The notes under the pieces: model-generated
What the model saw: the letters and a program-made list of their open reading frames with translations, nothing else
Told to the model about the DNA's origin: nothing
Databases searched by the model: none
NCBI RefSeq assembly: GCF_021028975.2
Contig: NC_059436.1
Coordinates: 38,812,001 to 38,876,000 of the forward strand
Reading direction: 5' to 3'
Source: Sphaerodactylus townsendi
Lineage: Eukaryota
Length of the DNA: 64,000 nt
Shown: positions 25,701 through 39,056 of the stretch, in pieces
How the letters are laid out: each line of letters begins with the position of its first letter
Position numbering within the stretch: the first letter of the stretch is position 1
Made by a program: the position numbers and the translations under genes

Positions 25701-28361
25701 CAAGAAGACTTTCTCTCCACCCAGCGGCATAATAAAGCCACAGGAATAGTGAATCACATGGTTGGGTCCTCAGGGATGTTCATGTTCTGTCTGTCTGTTT
25801 TCCCCAAGTGTTTTTAAAACCAGGAAGCCAAAATATGCTTTCTCCACCCCACCCTACTTATCTTTTTTTCCCCATCTCTCTTTTCCAGAGCAACACTGCA
25901 GCTACAATGGTTATTTCAGGCATCCTCTGAATGAAGACCAAGGAGCCCTCTGTCTTCCTTGGGGCAAGAAAAACCTGTTTTCCCTGACAAACTTGAATGT
26001 TAAACTATACCAGGAGCAACTGATGAAAACTTTGGAGTGCCAGGTTGAATTTGCTGCTGTTCCATCTTTTTCCTTTAAACAAACAGATGTATAACAACGA
26101 TGAATTTCCAGATGACAAATGAGTAGCAGGGAATCTAATTTCCCAACCACTGGGAGAAAAAAAAAGGTTCCGGAGAATAAAGACTGGCAACTGATTGCAA
26201 ATTTCACGCTCCACGAAGTTTTCCAAAAAACATTTGTCTTTGAATGTTTATTCCTTCTACCTGCGAGGGGAAAGGACTGGAAAGAGGAAAAAAGAGAGAA
26301 TTCTCGTGTGTACATGAAGTTTTGGGAAAGATAGCAGGTACTATCTTTTGTTTTTAACTTTATGTTTGTTTGTTTGTTTGTTTGTTTGGGGGGTATTATG
26401 TAAGGGTTTTAAACATAGGTCATTTAAAATAATTTAACTAACAAATAACAAATGGGGGGGGAGGAATATATACAAAGATACTTGATTTCATTTGCTCAGA
26501 CTCTATGGAGATATTGTTTAGGGTACTTTCACATGACCTGGAGAAAGAAGCGACGGGGTACTTCCGTATGAGCTAGAAATCTCAAGTTCAGTCTGCCAAA
26601 AACGGGTGAATTAAACTGCATCAGGAAGAAAGACTTGACTCTTTTTTTCTCAATGAAAAGCCTCAGAAGGAAGAAAGCGAGACTGGGAATGCATGGGGGG
26701 TGGGGGTGGGGGGTGGGGGAGAGAACAGGAGGATTACTTAACATTTTCCCTGCCAGCAGTTATTAGCTCAAAGTCATGTTTACCCGCAGCTGTTTTTCCC
26801 CATTGAGGAAAATGGATTTGCGGAGAATTGTTTCGGATGGTAGTGGTGGAATTGGCTTCTTTTTCCCCCAGTAATCAAGATCACCCCTAGTTGTAGAATA
26901 ATCACTGCTCTGAAGGTGTCCACCATTCATTGTTTCCATTTAAGGAATTGGCTGCAAGTCATTTCTATGGAGCAAAGGAAGGATCCCATTGCCAGCGATG
27001 GGAGAGTACAGTGGGCCAGGAAGGAAAAATTGCTGTTGCCCAGGTGAATGGGGGCATTATCCCTGTCGCTGGAAATATTGCTTTTTGTAGGTAGCCAAAC
27101 ACAGGGAGAGGCACAGACTCCTCCTGAGCACACACTGGTGACCAGGGGATCTGGCAACCCTAGATTTTGTGCCAACTGAGCTTTTGTGCCAATTGAGTGC
27201 ACATTAGGAGATGCAGGTATGATCCTTCTGCACATATACAGAAAAAGACACAGTGTAGTAGGCAAAAGAAAGAGCTGTGAACTGGGATGTTCCCCTTTCA
27301 AATCTTGCCACTGCCATAAATTCACTAATTTGCCTTAGGCCGGTTCCTTTCTCTCACCCTCCCATCTGCAACATGGCAGATTTTAATACTCAACTTACCT
27401 TAGGGGCCTGTTTTAAGGATCACAAAAATATGATGCACATGAAACTCTACTGTGCATAAATGCTGCAGAACGTTGTAGGGTTATGTTGCATGTAAGGGAG
27501 AAAGGAGAAAGTTGCAGGGCTGCAGAAAGGTTGGGGTGTCTCCATTCCTACCTTTTGCATCTGACACAGTGGTCACGACCCTGTACTGAAGAGGAACAAG
27601 CACAGCATATCTCAGGCTCTTAGCGTGGGATGGGATCGGTTAAACCCCGGAAAACACTGTGCAAAAGGTTCAACTTTGCAATGAAAATACAAATGCAAAC
27701 TCCCTCCACTCAAAGGAGTCACTGATTTTAACCTGCAGCCCTCTTCTTTTTTTGAGACGGTCAGTTATGTTGGAACAAAGAGCACTTGTCTAACAAGCAG
27801 GTTGGGCTAACGATATGAAAAATAATCCAGATTTACTACTCACTAAATCTATTTTATCTGTCCCACTTCTGACTTCTGATAGAGCCAAGCCTTGAAAGCT
27901 ATTTTCCATAGATACACCCCTGGTTCCACATTGGATCTCTGTGAAAACCCCCAATCCCATATACATCAGCTTAACGGAGAATTGCAGGGGGGGGGGGGTG
28001 CTTTGTAGTATGTGTCAGTCAAGAAAACAGCTGAGGAGGACAGTCTTGGATCTAAAGCAGTTATTGAAAAAAAAATCGAGGCAGAACTATTCTGATTTCA
28101 CACGGCCAGATTCTGACATTTATTTTTATGCTTGATACAAAAATGCAGTCTCTTTTTTTCTGCCGACCTACACTAACGGATGGCTGTTTGTTTCTGCATC
28201 ATTTGGGTTTAAATGAGGATATAGACTAATGAATGATGAATGCTTGGGCTGTGGTGGCTTAGGCTGAGAGGAGCAAGGCCTAGGGTCAACCAGTTTGCTT
28301 CATGGTAGAATGTGGGATTTGAATCTAGGCTTAATCAACTGCATGGACTTCACCATCACAT

Positions 28362-28660
28362 AAGAAGGAGGAGGAGGAGGAGGAGAAGAAGAAGAAGAGT
28401 TGGATTTATATCCCCCCCTTTCTGTCCTGCAGGAGACTCAAAGGGGCTTACAATCTCCTTGCCCTTCCCCCCTCACAGCAAACACCCTGTGAGGTAGGTG
28501 GGGCTGAGAGAGCTCAGAAGAACTGTGACTAGCCCAAGGTCACCTGGCTGGCGTGTGTTGGAGTGTACAGGCTAATCTGAATTCCCCAGATAAGCCTCCA
28601 CATCCCAAGCGGCAGAGCAGGGAATCAAACCCACTCTTAACCACTACACCATGCTGGCTC
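28362..28660 (-). mobile_element. Squam3-like SINE with (agg/aga)n tail
   Basis: Same family sequence. Confidence 0.85.
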
Positions 28661-28689
28661 TATGTGGCCAAAGTGGCTACATTAAACAA

Positions 28690-29810
28690 AAAACCCTGAA
28701 GGATGAGAGAAAAATGGAAACAGGATGGCTCACTTGGGATGTTTACAGGTTAATTGATCCAGCTAGCAGGGAAAGTGTCAGACAAGCTAAAGTTCAAAAT
28801 GGCTTCGACTGGTACCAAATGCTAAAAAGGGCTCTTTAAAGTATGCTAAAAGCAATCAGAAAAGGAAGGAGAGAGTTAGTGCTCAGTAAGGAAGGGGAAA
28901 TGCTAACAGGTGACAGAGATAGAGGAATCACTCAGCTTCTGTTCTGCTTTGTTCTTCCCAGAAGAACAACTGCATAAAACCCTGCATAAATGGTGAGTTC
29001 CTGACCAGTTGTGGTCCTGACCAGTTGTGTCTTCTTCTAATGTGATGGTGAAGTCCATGCAGTCAGGAATACCAAGCCTTAAATTTGTCTCCAGAGCTGG
29101 ATGTAATCAGGGTACTAAAGGAACTTGCTGATGTATGCTTAGAACCTCTGACCCTCAGCTTTGAGAAATCCTGGAGGGCTGGTGAGATGCCTCAGGAATG
29201 GCGATGGCCAAATGTTGTCCTCATCTTCAAAAACGGGAAGTAGCAGGATCCAGGAAAAAAACACAGAGTGGTCAGTCAACTCATCTTAAATCATTTGGCT
29301 CTAATCAGCTTTTCTGTTGATTAAAAAAAGGAATGATTGAGTCTCCTTTGACGATGAAAAAACTACGCCGGGGAATATGGGACCTGTATGGGTGAAAACT
29401 TGTAATGAAGAGCAGAACTGGGTGAGATGGAGCAAGAGAGCTCCTTGGGTCTAACCCATGTTGGTTTTCGATCGAGTGGATTACAGGAACGTTGTGCAAG
29501 TAGTAGACCTTGATTTCTGCAGGGCATTTCACAACCCTGTGATGTTTTGACTAGCAAGCTGATTTAAGTGCAGATCATCATCTGAGAGTATCATCAAGTT
29601 GGTCCTCTGCAGGTTGGAGAACTGTATTCAAAGTGTGTTCACTCACGGCTCTTCATCACTTTGAAGGGAGGCCTCAAGGGGTGTAGAACAGATCTCAACC
29701 CTTAGTCTGATGCTCTTCCACTTTTTAATAATTGCTTGAATGCATGAGAAGATGGAATCCCTCCAGGTTTGCAGATGGCAGTGCGGAGGGATAACTAACA
29801 CCTTAGAGCA
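28690..29810 (+). mobile_element. Old, degenerate CR1 LINE ORF2 remnant
   Basis: Decayed RT motifs such as (E)KSWRAGEMPQEWRWPNVVLIFKNG and gtagaccttgatttctgcagggcattt. Confidence 0.6.
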
Positions 29811-31149
29811 GTGGTCTTTATTCTGTGGGTTAAGATCCTCAGCTAGGTAGATCATTGAGCTACTTTGATAAGCCATGACCCCCTAGTAGGGTTGCCAACC
29901 TCTAGGTGGTAACTTGTGATCCCAGCTGATCTCCAGATGACATTGCTTTACCTGGAGAAAATGGCTGCTTTCAAGAGATTAGATCTCACTGATGTCCCTC
30001 CCCTCCTCAAACTCCACCCTCCTCAGGCGTCACTCCCAAAATCTCAAGGTGTTTCCCAACCCAGGGCTGGCAACCCTACCTCTTTGAGAACTGCCATTTT
30101 TGGGGAGGACCTGCTGCTAGCATAAATCAGGGCCAGCATCAGCATACTCTTAGATGAGAAAGCTGCTGGGACCAAGGGGCTCTGGCGGGGCCCACTGCTA
30201 CCAGCACGTCCAGCCCACTCTCTTGTCAGTCCTCCACCACCCATGATCTCTGCTGTATGCACTGCCTCATGCCACTGGGGAAAGGACTGCAGGCAGCCAT
30301 GAGCCTGGGCTGTGGGAGCATGCAGACAAGGGGTAGGTGCGGGTGCGTGGTAGGTGGGAGGAAGGAGAGCATGAGTGCCTGGTAGCAGGCAGAAAAGGGG
30401 AGGAGCTCTTGACAACTCTCTGACCAGGACTCCTGGAAACGGTGGAACTATCTCTGGTACAAACTGGCTCCTACCTCTTTTTGCATGTCCAGACAATCAT
30501 ACTAGCCACAGTTCAGTAGTCATTTCAGCTCACTAGTCATCTCAGTTTTCTATTATGTTGGAATTGATCTCATGCCCTGAAAAATTATGCCTCAAATGAA
30601 ATTTTTACTTGTGGATTTTTTTTTGTCCAGAGGATACACATGTGTTATGGAGTAAACTAGATTTCCTCCCATCCTTCCCCATCCCTCACCCATACAGGAA
30701 ACAGACGCCCATGATGACTTGACCTTATCATGGTGACACCTCTGCCTACCCCCACATCTCTGTTCTCTCAGCAAATACGAAGGTGGGATGATTTGTTTAG
30801 GGCAGATGTGGTCTCACCTATGAATAGCTTTGAAACAAACAACATCTGCCACTCCTAACACAGCAGCATCCATTTAAAGAATGAAAGTTCCTTAGACATG
30901 TTTGAGGGCTTTTCATTTTAGCAAAAAGTTGACCAGAAGGCAGGGGGGCATAACAGTGGTTTATAGAATTATGCCTCAACAATGGTACAATTCAGGGTTG
31001 CCCAAAGAAACTGATGGGATGAGTCAGAAGGAGGTACTTACATGCTACTGCAAAATGTTGTGGCAACCACTGGCTGGGCTGGTTTCAAAACAGAATTAGT
31101 TAAATAGTGAAGAAGAGATATGTCAATAGTCATGATGATTAAATAAAGT

Positions 31150-31520
31150 TGGCAATTCTGACTAGGGGAAATTCTGCAGAACTGGGGATGGGACGTGCAG
31201 ACAGCAGAGCTGGGGAAAGGAGACATCTTGGTGGAGGTAGTCAAAAATCTTTTGGTAGCAGCAAGATAATTATTAGCACCACTTGGAAACAGCCAAGTCT
31301 GCCTAGGATCAGTGAATGGGTTCATAAAATATGGTACATTGTACTGATGGGTGACATTGTTCCCTATAAGAAAATGCAAGAAGAAAAAGTGAGGTTCTAG
31401 AGACCTATACGGATAAACGATATTGTTCCATTTTATGATGGAACAGAAATAAACCCAGTGAACAGATAAAATAGAATATTTTGAAATACATTTGAACAAA
31501 GGACTATTGGAGAACTCTTA
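31150..31520 (+). mobile_element. L1-type LINE 3' remnant
   Basis: SKIIISTTWKQPSLPRISEWVHKIWYI resembles the L1 ORF2 C-terminus. Confidence 0.55.
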
Positions 31521-32811
31521 GATTTACATTTGTATTGTTTGAATCTTTTGTATCTTTTTAATTTTTCTTTGTTCTCTTATGGGAGCATGGTAGAGTCTTT
31601 CTTCTGATTTGAATCCAGTTAATCTTGTATTCCTTCGCAAGTGCACAATATTTTTTTTAAATTTTAATTAAATTTTAATTTTTTTAAAAAAATAATTTAA
31701 TTAAAAACCAAAATCAAGATGAGGATAAAATGGAGTGAATGGACCAATGCATCCCCCCGGCCCCACCCCAAGGCCCTTGGAGGAAGGGTAAGATTAAAAT
31801 GTATTACATAAATAATAAAAAAGAATACCATATTTTGTGAGAGAGGGCATCAGTGGACAAATTGGCTTCCCATCACCCTATTTGTGTTCTTCCCAGAGTC
31901 ATGTGGTTTGCCCCAGTGAAAACAAGATGCAGGACTGGATTACTCTTTAGTATTCTTTTTTTTTCCTAAAAAGAAGAAAATTTCTAAAATTGAAAAAGCA
32001 GAGGCTGTTCCCCAAACCACTCCTTTGATCTGCCTGAGTGTGGTTAGGCAAGATTCCCTTTGGCTCAGGGTGTTTCTTGAGATCTGGCATCATATTTAAA
32101 TTATAGTGGAGCAACTGGGATGGTTAGCATGGTAAGGTGTTTAAAATGATGTAACGGGAAAGTTGAGGTCATGATTGTTTAATTAGGCAAGGTGTTCATT
32201 ATAAGGCAGTCAAACCAGAAAGTAACCCAGTCACAGTGGTGGTGGGGAAATGGTGGCCGAGGCAAAATGATGTCTGGGCCCTGCCCCCCCCTCGATGTCC
32301 CGCCCCCACACTCTCAGCCCCCCACTTACCTGAGTTCAGCCAGCTGCTTTTTGCAGCTTGGTGGGGAAAGCAGCCTGGTGGGAACTACCCTTCCCAGGAG
32401 ACCTTGCAAGCCCCAACTGGCTCACAAGGTCTCCTGGGAAGTGCAGTTCCCACCAGGCTACTTTTCCAGCCGGCTGCTTTTTGTAGCCAGGTAATCTCAG
32501 GTAAGTGGGGGGCATGTGGGGAGCACTGTGGAGGGTGTTGTGGGGAAGCCGAGGCCCAGCCACTTCTGGGGGTGTGTGGCTGGGCTTGGCCCGGCCAGTG
32601 TGCACATGTCATGCTGAGGCCTAGCCATGCCCCACATGCTTCCCAGAAGTGTGTGTGTGTGTGGGTGATTTTTCCACACCTACATTTGTCCCTGGATGTC
32701 CCCGTGGCAGCTACACCTATGGTCAGCCTAAAAACAAAGAGAAAACAAAAGAGCTCTTCTTCATCCTATACATTTCTGGCACTATTTATTGAAAGCAAAG
32801 GAGATGCTTGA

Positions 32812-33067
32812 GAAAAGAAGGAGACTCAAGGTGGCTTACAGACTCCTTCTCTTCCTTTCCTCACAGTAGACCCCTTGTGAGGTAGATGGGGCTGAGAGAG
32901 ATCCACAGAACTGTGATTAGCCCAAGGTCATCCAGCAGGCTTCATGTTTAGGAGCAGGGAAACTAATCCAGTTCATCAGATAAGACTCCATCCTCATGTG
33001 AAGGAGTAGGGAATCAAACCCAGTTCTCTAAATTAAAGTCAGCCACTCTTAACCACTACACCACACT
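32812..33067 (-). mobile_element. Squam3-like SINE, older copy
   Basis: Diverged match to the same family. Confidence 0.7.
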
Positions 33068-34286
33068 TGGGCAACTGGGTAATAGAAGCTTCTGTTCATT
33101 TTGAGGAAAACACTGGATTCCCATTCATTTCTCTGAAATCCAACTAGGAAAATTTTACGATTCCATCAAATGAGAAGGCTACATGTACTTGATTGTGGAA
33201 GACAAGGAGTACCTCATGGCGACACTGGGTATGGCGATATTGGGAGTGGGGGGGGAGGAACGGCTTATCAGTGTTCAGAGAGGCAGAAATTCGACTTTTA
33301 ACAAACATTTGTTAAACAATTTGTTTAACAAACATTGTTAAACAAAAAAGTTTAACAAACATTCTACAAACTATCTTCATAAAGGCTAACAGGCAAATAA
33401 ACATCACAAGCTTCATGATATCATTTTCCTACAAAATATAAACATACAAAAATAGAAATACAATGCAGTAGAAACAGGTGCGTTAGGATCTTTAGGGCTG
33501 AAATCATGGATCTTTAACAAAAGAAATTATTCTCTTTATGGCACACACACCCGGTATTCTCAGGGACCCTTGGGGCAGACTACATGGTTTCCTGATATAT
33601 TCCTTCAGGGAAGGGCTATCTATTCTTTATTGTTCCAAGGCCCTTTGTTACCACATCTTATGTATGTGACAGCTTGCACGTCAGCACTTTGGTGAGGTAA
33701 GGGGCTTGGGCTGAATATGGCCTTGTGAGGGATTCTGGGATATATCTTTGGCCAAGTTAAAATGATACAGGCTGAAATAAAAATTAGAACAGAAATGCGT
33801 ATGAGGTTACAGTTCAGTGGCATTTTAAAGGCTAACCATATTTTTTTCAATATGAGCTTTTATGAGCCACAGTTCATTTCTTCAGATAAGATAAGGGGCA
33901 ATAATACTTATAGAGAAGATTACAAGTCTGGCGTAGGAAGAAGGAGTTGAAGTAGAGAGGAACCTGGAAGTGACATCAGTATGTCACAAAATGCTCTAAT
34001 ATCCACCACCCACCCCCGTCTCTATGGTAGAAATGTAGAGATCAGGACAATTCCTAGAGTGTTATGTGATACAGCACTACTTCACCTTTCTTTCCCCCAC
34101 CATACCATTGAGACACAGTGGGGGATGGGGCATGCAGGCTGGGGCTTTTCTGCTTATAATAGGAGAATGGCAACCCTATATTTGTTTCAAACACAATTCC
34201 ATACTTGTAAGATGACCCCACCTCTTGCCTGCTTTCTTTTGCAGGCTCAGCTGTGGAACGCTCTTGGAGTGAAGCCCAAGTTGGAG

Positions 34287-35597
34287 ATGATATGTTTCAG
34301 GAGAAAAGCTTATTTGGCTGCCACCCTGTGTCTGGTGGCTTTTGCTGGCATGCTGATGCTTTCCTACCTCCGGATGCAGAAATCGTCTTTTGAACCCCGA
34401 ACTGTCATGCACAAGAGCAAAGGTTTCTGCACAGGAAAGATCATCAATAGTTCGATCTCGGCTTTGAGTGACAACAAAACCTTTGTAGTCGCTCCATATT
34501 TTGATAACAGGGTAAAGAAAATGGTCAGAGTAATTGGAATTATGCCCCATGAGGAAGTCAAAGAAGTTTACTGTTTGTTCTGTTGCCCAACTGGAGATGA
34601 CATATACATCTCCAAAGCTTTGATAGATGTTCATGATGATCGCTTTGGATTCCCCTATGCAGCGACGGACTTGCTTTGTATGGAACCCACCGATTGCGAT
34701 CCACAGTATGTTTCTTTTAACTGGTTTCCTCGAGGAAAAGCTGACTTGCTACCTCGCTTTGAAATAAAGAACCGTAAGATCACAAACTCTCCTGTGGATT
34801 TCACAGTGTGTATCTCCACCATGTTTGGAGATTACAACAACATCTTGCAGTTCATACAGAGCATGGAAATGTATAAACTTCTTGGGGCACAAAGGGTGGT
34901 CATTTACAAGAACAGCTGCAGCCAACTGATGGAGAAAGTCCTGGAGTTTTATGTGGCAGAAGGGACTGTTGAGATAGTCCCCTGGCCAATCACAGCCTAC
35001 CTCAAAGTCTCAACTGAATGGTTTTACAGTGATGACGGGAGTCAAATAGGTTACTATGGACAAATCACAGCCTTGAATGACTGCATCTACCGGAATATGT
35101 ATAGGAGCAGGTACATCTTGCTTAATGACATTGATGAAATCATACTGCCCAGTCTGCATCCAGACTGGAAAACCATGATGCAGGATCTTCAAGATCAGAA
35201 CCCAGAGTCTGGCGTTTTCCTATTTGAGAACCATGTTTTTCCCAACACTGTATTTACTTCTTCTGATGTCCCATCGTGGAACACAGTACCAGGAGTCAAC
35301 ATACTGCAGCATGTGTTACGAGAGCCAGACAGAAAAGAAGTCATCAACCCACAGAAAATGATTGTTAACCCACGGAAAGTGGTTCAGACATCTGTACACT
35401 CTGTCCTCCAGGCATTTGGAGAAAGTATAGGGGTTCCAATGGAGGTTGCTATCGTCTACCACTGCCGGACCCCCTTCCAGCCAGACTTACCCAGGGAATC
35501 CCTGATTAGGGATACAACGCTCTGGCGGTATAACTCATCCCTGATCAGCAGAGTTAATCAGGTACTACAGAAAGTACCTTTGTTGAAAGGAAAGTGA
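34287..35597 (+). CDS. Glycosyltransferase family 92 protein, paralogue B (436 aa from MICFRRK, single coding exon)
   Basis: Colinear with paralogue A (FTVCISTMFG, GYYGQITALNDCIYRNMYRSRY, NDIDEII, NPRKVVQTSVHSV). TM anchor AYLAATLCLVAFAGMLMLSYL. The acceptor ctgctttcttttgcag ends at 34244, so the ORF-track extension from 33981 is most likely intronic. Confidence 0.9.
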   Translation: MICFRRKAYLAATLCLVAFAGMLMLSYLRMQKSSFEPRTVMHKSKGFCTGKIINSSISALSDNKTFVVAPYFDNRVKKMVRVIGIMPHEEVKEVYCLFCCPTGDDIYISKALIDVHDDRFGFPYAATDLLCMEPTDCDPQYVSFNWFPRGKADLLPRFEIKNRKITNSPVDFTVCISTMFGDYNNILQFIQSMEMYKLLGAQRVVIYKNSCSQLMEKVLEFYVAEGTVEIVPWPITAYLKVSTEWFYSDDGSQIGYYGQITALNDCIYRNMYRSRYILLNDIDEIILPSLHPDWKTMMQDLQDQNPESGVFLFENHVFPNTVFTSSDVPSWNTVPGVNILQHVLREPDRKEVINPQKMIVNPRKVVQTSVHSVLQAFGESIGVPMEVAIVYHCRTPFQPDLPRESLIRDTTLWRYNSSLISRVNQVLQKVPLLKGK

Positions 35598-36672
35598 CAG
35601 GCAGACCTTGAAGTGTTGATGAATCGAAGATGACTATGAGATGAACTCATTCTTTCTTTAGACAGCCCATCCAGAGACTGACTCAAGGGAATTCAGGTCT
35701 GGATTTAATGATGGCACTAATTTGTGGTGAGATGCCAAGAAGTAAATATGCATCAGAAGAAATGGTGTCTGGGTCACGGAAACTCAGGCTGGCATGAACT
35801 GGACTATTCCTCTGTAATTACAATGCCATTTTCACTGCAGGAACATTGAGTCACCTTATCAGTAATAACTGGGAACAGAATTTGCCAGTGCAGGAGGCAG
35901 CATACTTCTAAATACCAGCTGCCCAGAAGAATTGTCACTCTTGCATTGTTCAGTATTATAAAAACACAGTATGTCTAAAAATATAGAAAAGGTCTTATTT
36001 TGCACCAGAAATCACGGTTTTATGTATATGCAAGTTCAAACCATTAACTGACAAGAGGCTGGAGGATTAATCAGCTGTCGTTCATCATGCAGTAATGAAT
36101 AATCACAGCACAATATGTATTGTTTAAAAATCAGGAAGAAGGATTTCAGTCGCTGGTGAATATTTAACTCCCCCAGAAGTCTTCAAAGCCAGTACTTCTT
36201 GGTGGAAGGATATACTGGCAGCTGAATTCACTCAGATAAATGTGACAGGAGCTATGCCATCAGTTTGGAGACATGCTAGCAAAATAGAAGTTCATGAGTA
36301 CTTATACAACTACAGGCCAATCAGCTTTTTACGAGTGGCTAGAAAGCTTTATGCTCTGTCTTGATTACCGACTCATGGGCTGGCTGGCAACTAATAAAAT
36401 CCTGGAGAGGGAACAGGCCGGCTTCAGGCGAAGTGCTGGGATAGATGATAATCTTTTGACATTACCAGATAAAAGGATCAGGTGATATACCAAGACCATT
36501 GTCTGAGGCCCTGGAAAGATATGTCCTATCCAAGTAGACAATACTGATTTTTTAGTCAGAGATAGAACTCAATAGCAGGCAGGTTATTGTATTCTTCAGT
36601 TACACAGTGCATATTGATAGCAGTGGAAGCTCTCCCAATAAGAAAATCAAGTCTTTGAAGGTTTTCTTTGAA

Positions 36673-36969
36673 GCAGCAGTGGCGTAGTGGTTAAGAGCAG
36701 GTGTACTCTAATCTGGAGGAACTGGGTTTGATTACCCGCTCTGCCACTTGAGCTGTGGAAGCTTATCTGGGGAATTCAGATTAGCCTGTGCACTCCAACA
36801 CACGCCAGCTGGGTGACCTTGGGCTAGTCACAGTTCTTCGAAGCTCTCTCAGCCTTACGTACCTCACAGGGTATTTGTTGTGAGGGTGGAAGGGAAAGGA
36901 GTTTGTAAGCCCCTTTGAGTCTCCCTACAGGAGAGAAAGGTGGGATATAAATCCAACTCTTCTTCTTCT
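36673..36969 (+). mobile_element. tRNA-derived SINE (Squam3-like), full length
   Basis: A-box tggcgtagtgg, B-box-like ggtttgatt, (tct)n tail; multi-copy in the window. Confidence 0.85.
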
Positions 36970-37931
36970 GTTCTTGGTATACACATTGTTCAGGGCTCCC
37001 TGATGTGATGCCCATAGATGAGACAGAACACTACAGTATTTCCCTGGTTCTATGAGGCGTCTCATGAAGTAAATGGGACCACTGTAAGAAAGGGCTTGTT
37101 ATTGGCCACCTTCATTCTTTTTTTAAAGTTTACTTTTTTATAGTCCACCTTTTAAGCTCAGACTCAAGGCAAATGAATTGAAAGGATTTTTTGTGGTTGC
37201 AAGAGCAGCTGCTGGTGAGTCAACAGGACTGGTAAGCGCCCACGTTTCCCTAATCCGTAACCTTGTCCACAAGTTACATTGAATGCCTGTGCAATTCATA
37301 TACAATGTACACTTGATTTTTCCTTATATGTGTACCAAGTAATTTTCATATTCTATTCAATACATGCACAGCTAAATGCGTGATACAAACCCCATATTAA
37401 TGCCAGTACTGATCCCAAGTTGCATTTGCAAATTGAACAGACGTTGCCGCTTCTTGACATATGTACACACCTGCAGTCAGGATGTTCGTGGATTCACTTT
37501 AACATGTAAACAGGTCTAACATGTGGTTTTATTTTCCGTTCAGGTTCTCCTTCCTTTTATTCTTCTTTCTCCCCTCTTCTCCCTTTAGGTTTGTTTCTTT
37601 TCAGTCTACTTCCTCTTTCTTCCCCCTGGACTTTATTTCATTTCATGCCTCTTCTGAAATTCTTTCGCAAAGGGAGGAAGGGGGAATTGTTTGGCTGTGC
37701 CTTCTTCTGTTCTTGGTATATAGCCATTGGCGGAGGGCACTCTCCACCTCTCTCAAAATTACAAAGGTGCCCGCAGACTGAAAAAGGTAAGGACCCCCTG
37801 CCATGGACTAAAGCCATTATAAGCCATGAAGGAGTCCTTCGTAGGGACCCATAGAGTCAGTCAGGACACAACTCCCACACCCCAATTGAGTTCACTGCCT
37901 GCACTCACATAAACCCAATAAACAGAAGACT

Positions 37932-38230
37932 GAGAGCTAGTGTGGTGTAACAGTTAAGAGCAGATGGATGCTAATCTGGAGAACCGGGTTTGATTCCCCA
38001 CTCCTCCACCTGAGTGGCAGAGGCTTATCTGATGAACCAGATGTGTTTCAGCACTCCTACATTCCTGCTGGGTGACCTTCAGCTAGTCACAGTTATTCGG
38101 AACTCTCTTAGTCCCACCTACCTCACAAGGTGTCTCTTGTGGGGAGAGGAAGGGAAAGGAGCTTGTAGGCCACCTTGAGTCTCCTTATAGGAGAGAAAGG
38201 AGGGATATCAATCCAAACTCTTCTTCTTCT
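37932..38230 (+). mobile_element. Squam3-like SINE (variant subfamily)
   Basis: tRNA-like head, shared 3' body, (tct)n tail. Confidence 0.8.
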
Positions 38231-39056
38231 TTGTAAGCAACCATGCCATGCCAGAGGTCCAGAAAAATAGAGCTTGCTAATTACTATGCATCCTCCCTGG
38301 GGCACCAGGATGCTCTATTATTCATAACTATTATTTGTTGTTGCTTTGCATCTTTCAAAACAAGAGAACATCTTGTACTGAGGCAGCAACTGCCATCCAA
38401 GTCTGAAGTAATGGCTGCATGTTCCTCACTAAGGTTTGAATATTTATGATATGACCCTATTGTACAACCTAGTTTGCCTTTACTTGCTTCTATAGATGCC
38501 AAACAGTTAAAAAACATAATGGGAAAAGCCATTTCCTTTGCTTAAATAGCATCTTGATGTACAGAATGGAGCAGATGAAACATTTTAAAGCACAAAGATA
38601 TACATTCTGGCCAGCATTATGTCTGTGCATCAAGATTTATTTTATTTGTAATTTGATTTATAGGCTGGCCTTCCACATGAGGGGCTCAGGGTGGCTGAAA
38701 GTTAAAATTAGCAGTTGTTGTTGCAGTAAAATGGAACCACAAACTTCAGCCCTAACTAAGGGGAATGTATTAAACTAAAGGGTGGGGAAGGGAGAGAAAG
38801 GAAGGAGCAGGGAAAAAAAGGAAAATGGGCAGGGAAGGTGAAACAGAAGGGAAAAATTTTAATTGTATTTTAAATTGTGATTTTATTGCTAATTATTATT
38901 GTTCACCACCCTGAGCCCTTCGGGGGTGGCCGGTCTAAAAAAAAAATTAATAAAATAAATAAAAATGGAAAAGATGTTGTTCAAGGCACAGAAGTAGGAG
39001 CTGGTTAGAAAATTAGCCCCTCACTAAATAAAACTAAAGGTGTTTAGTATCTATGC

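Noticed and set aside
25889-26337. Possible upstream exon of GT92-B (acceptor at 25888, weak donor at 26337)
   Set aside because: The donor gtacta is weak and there is no coding or conservation evidence, so it cannot be supported without transcripts.
33981-34286. 538-aa version of GT92-B from the ORF track
   Set aside because: The N-terminal 102 aa have no counterpart in paralogue A and span a strong splice acceptor at 34244; MICFRRK aligns with MVHFRKR.
36673-36760. tRNA-like A/B boxes
   Set aside because: SINE head; no complete cloverleaf, and it continues into the SINE body.
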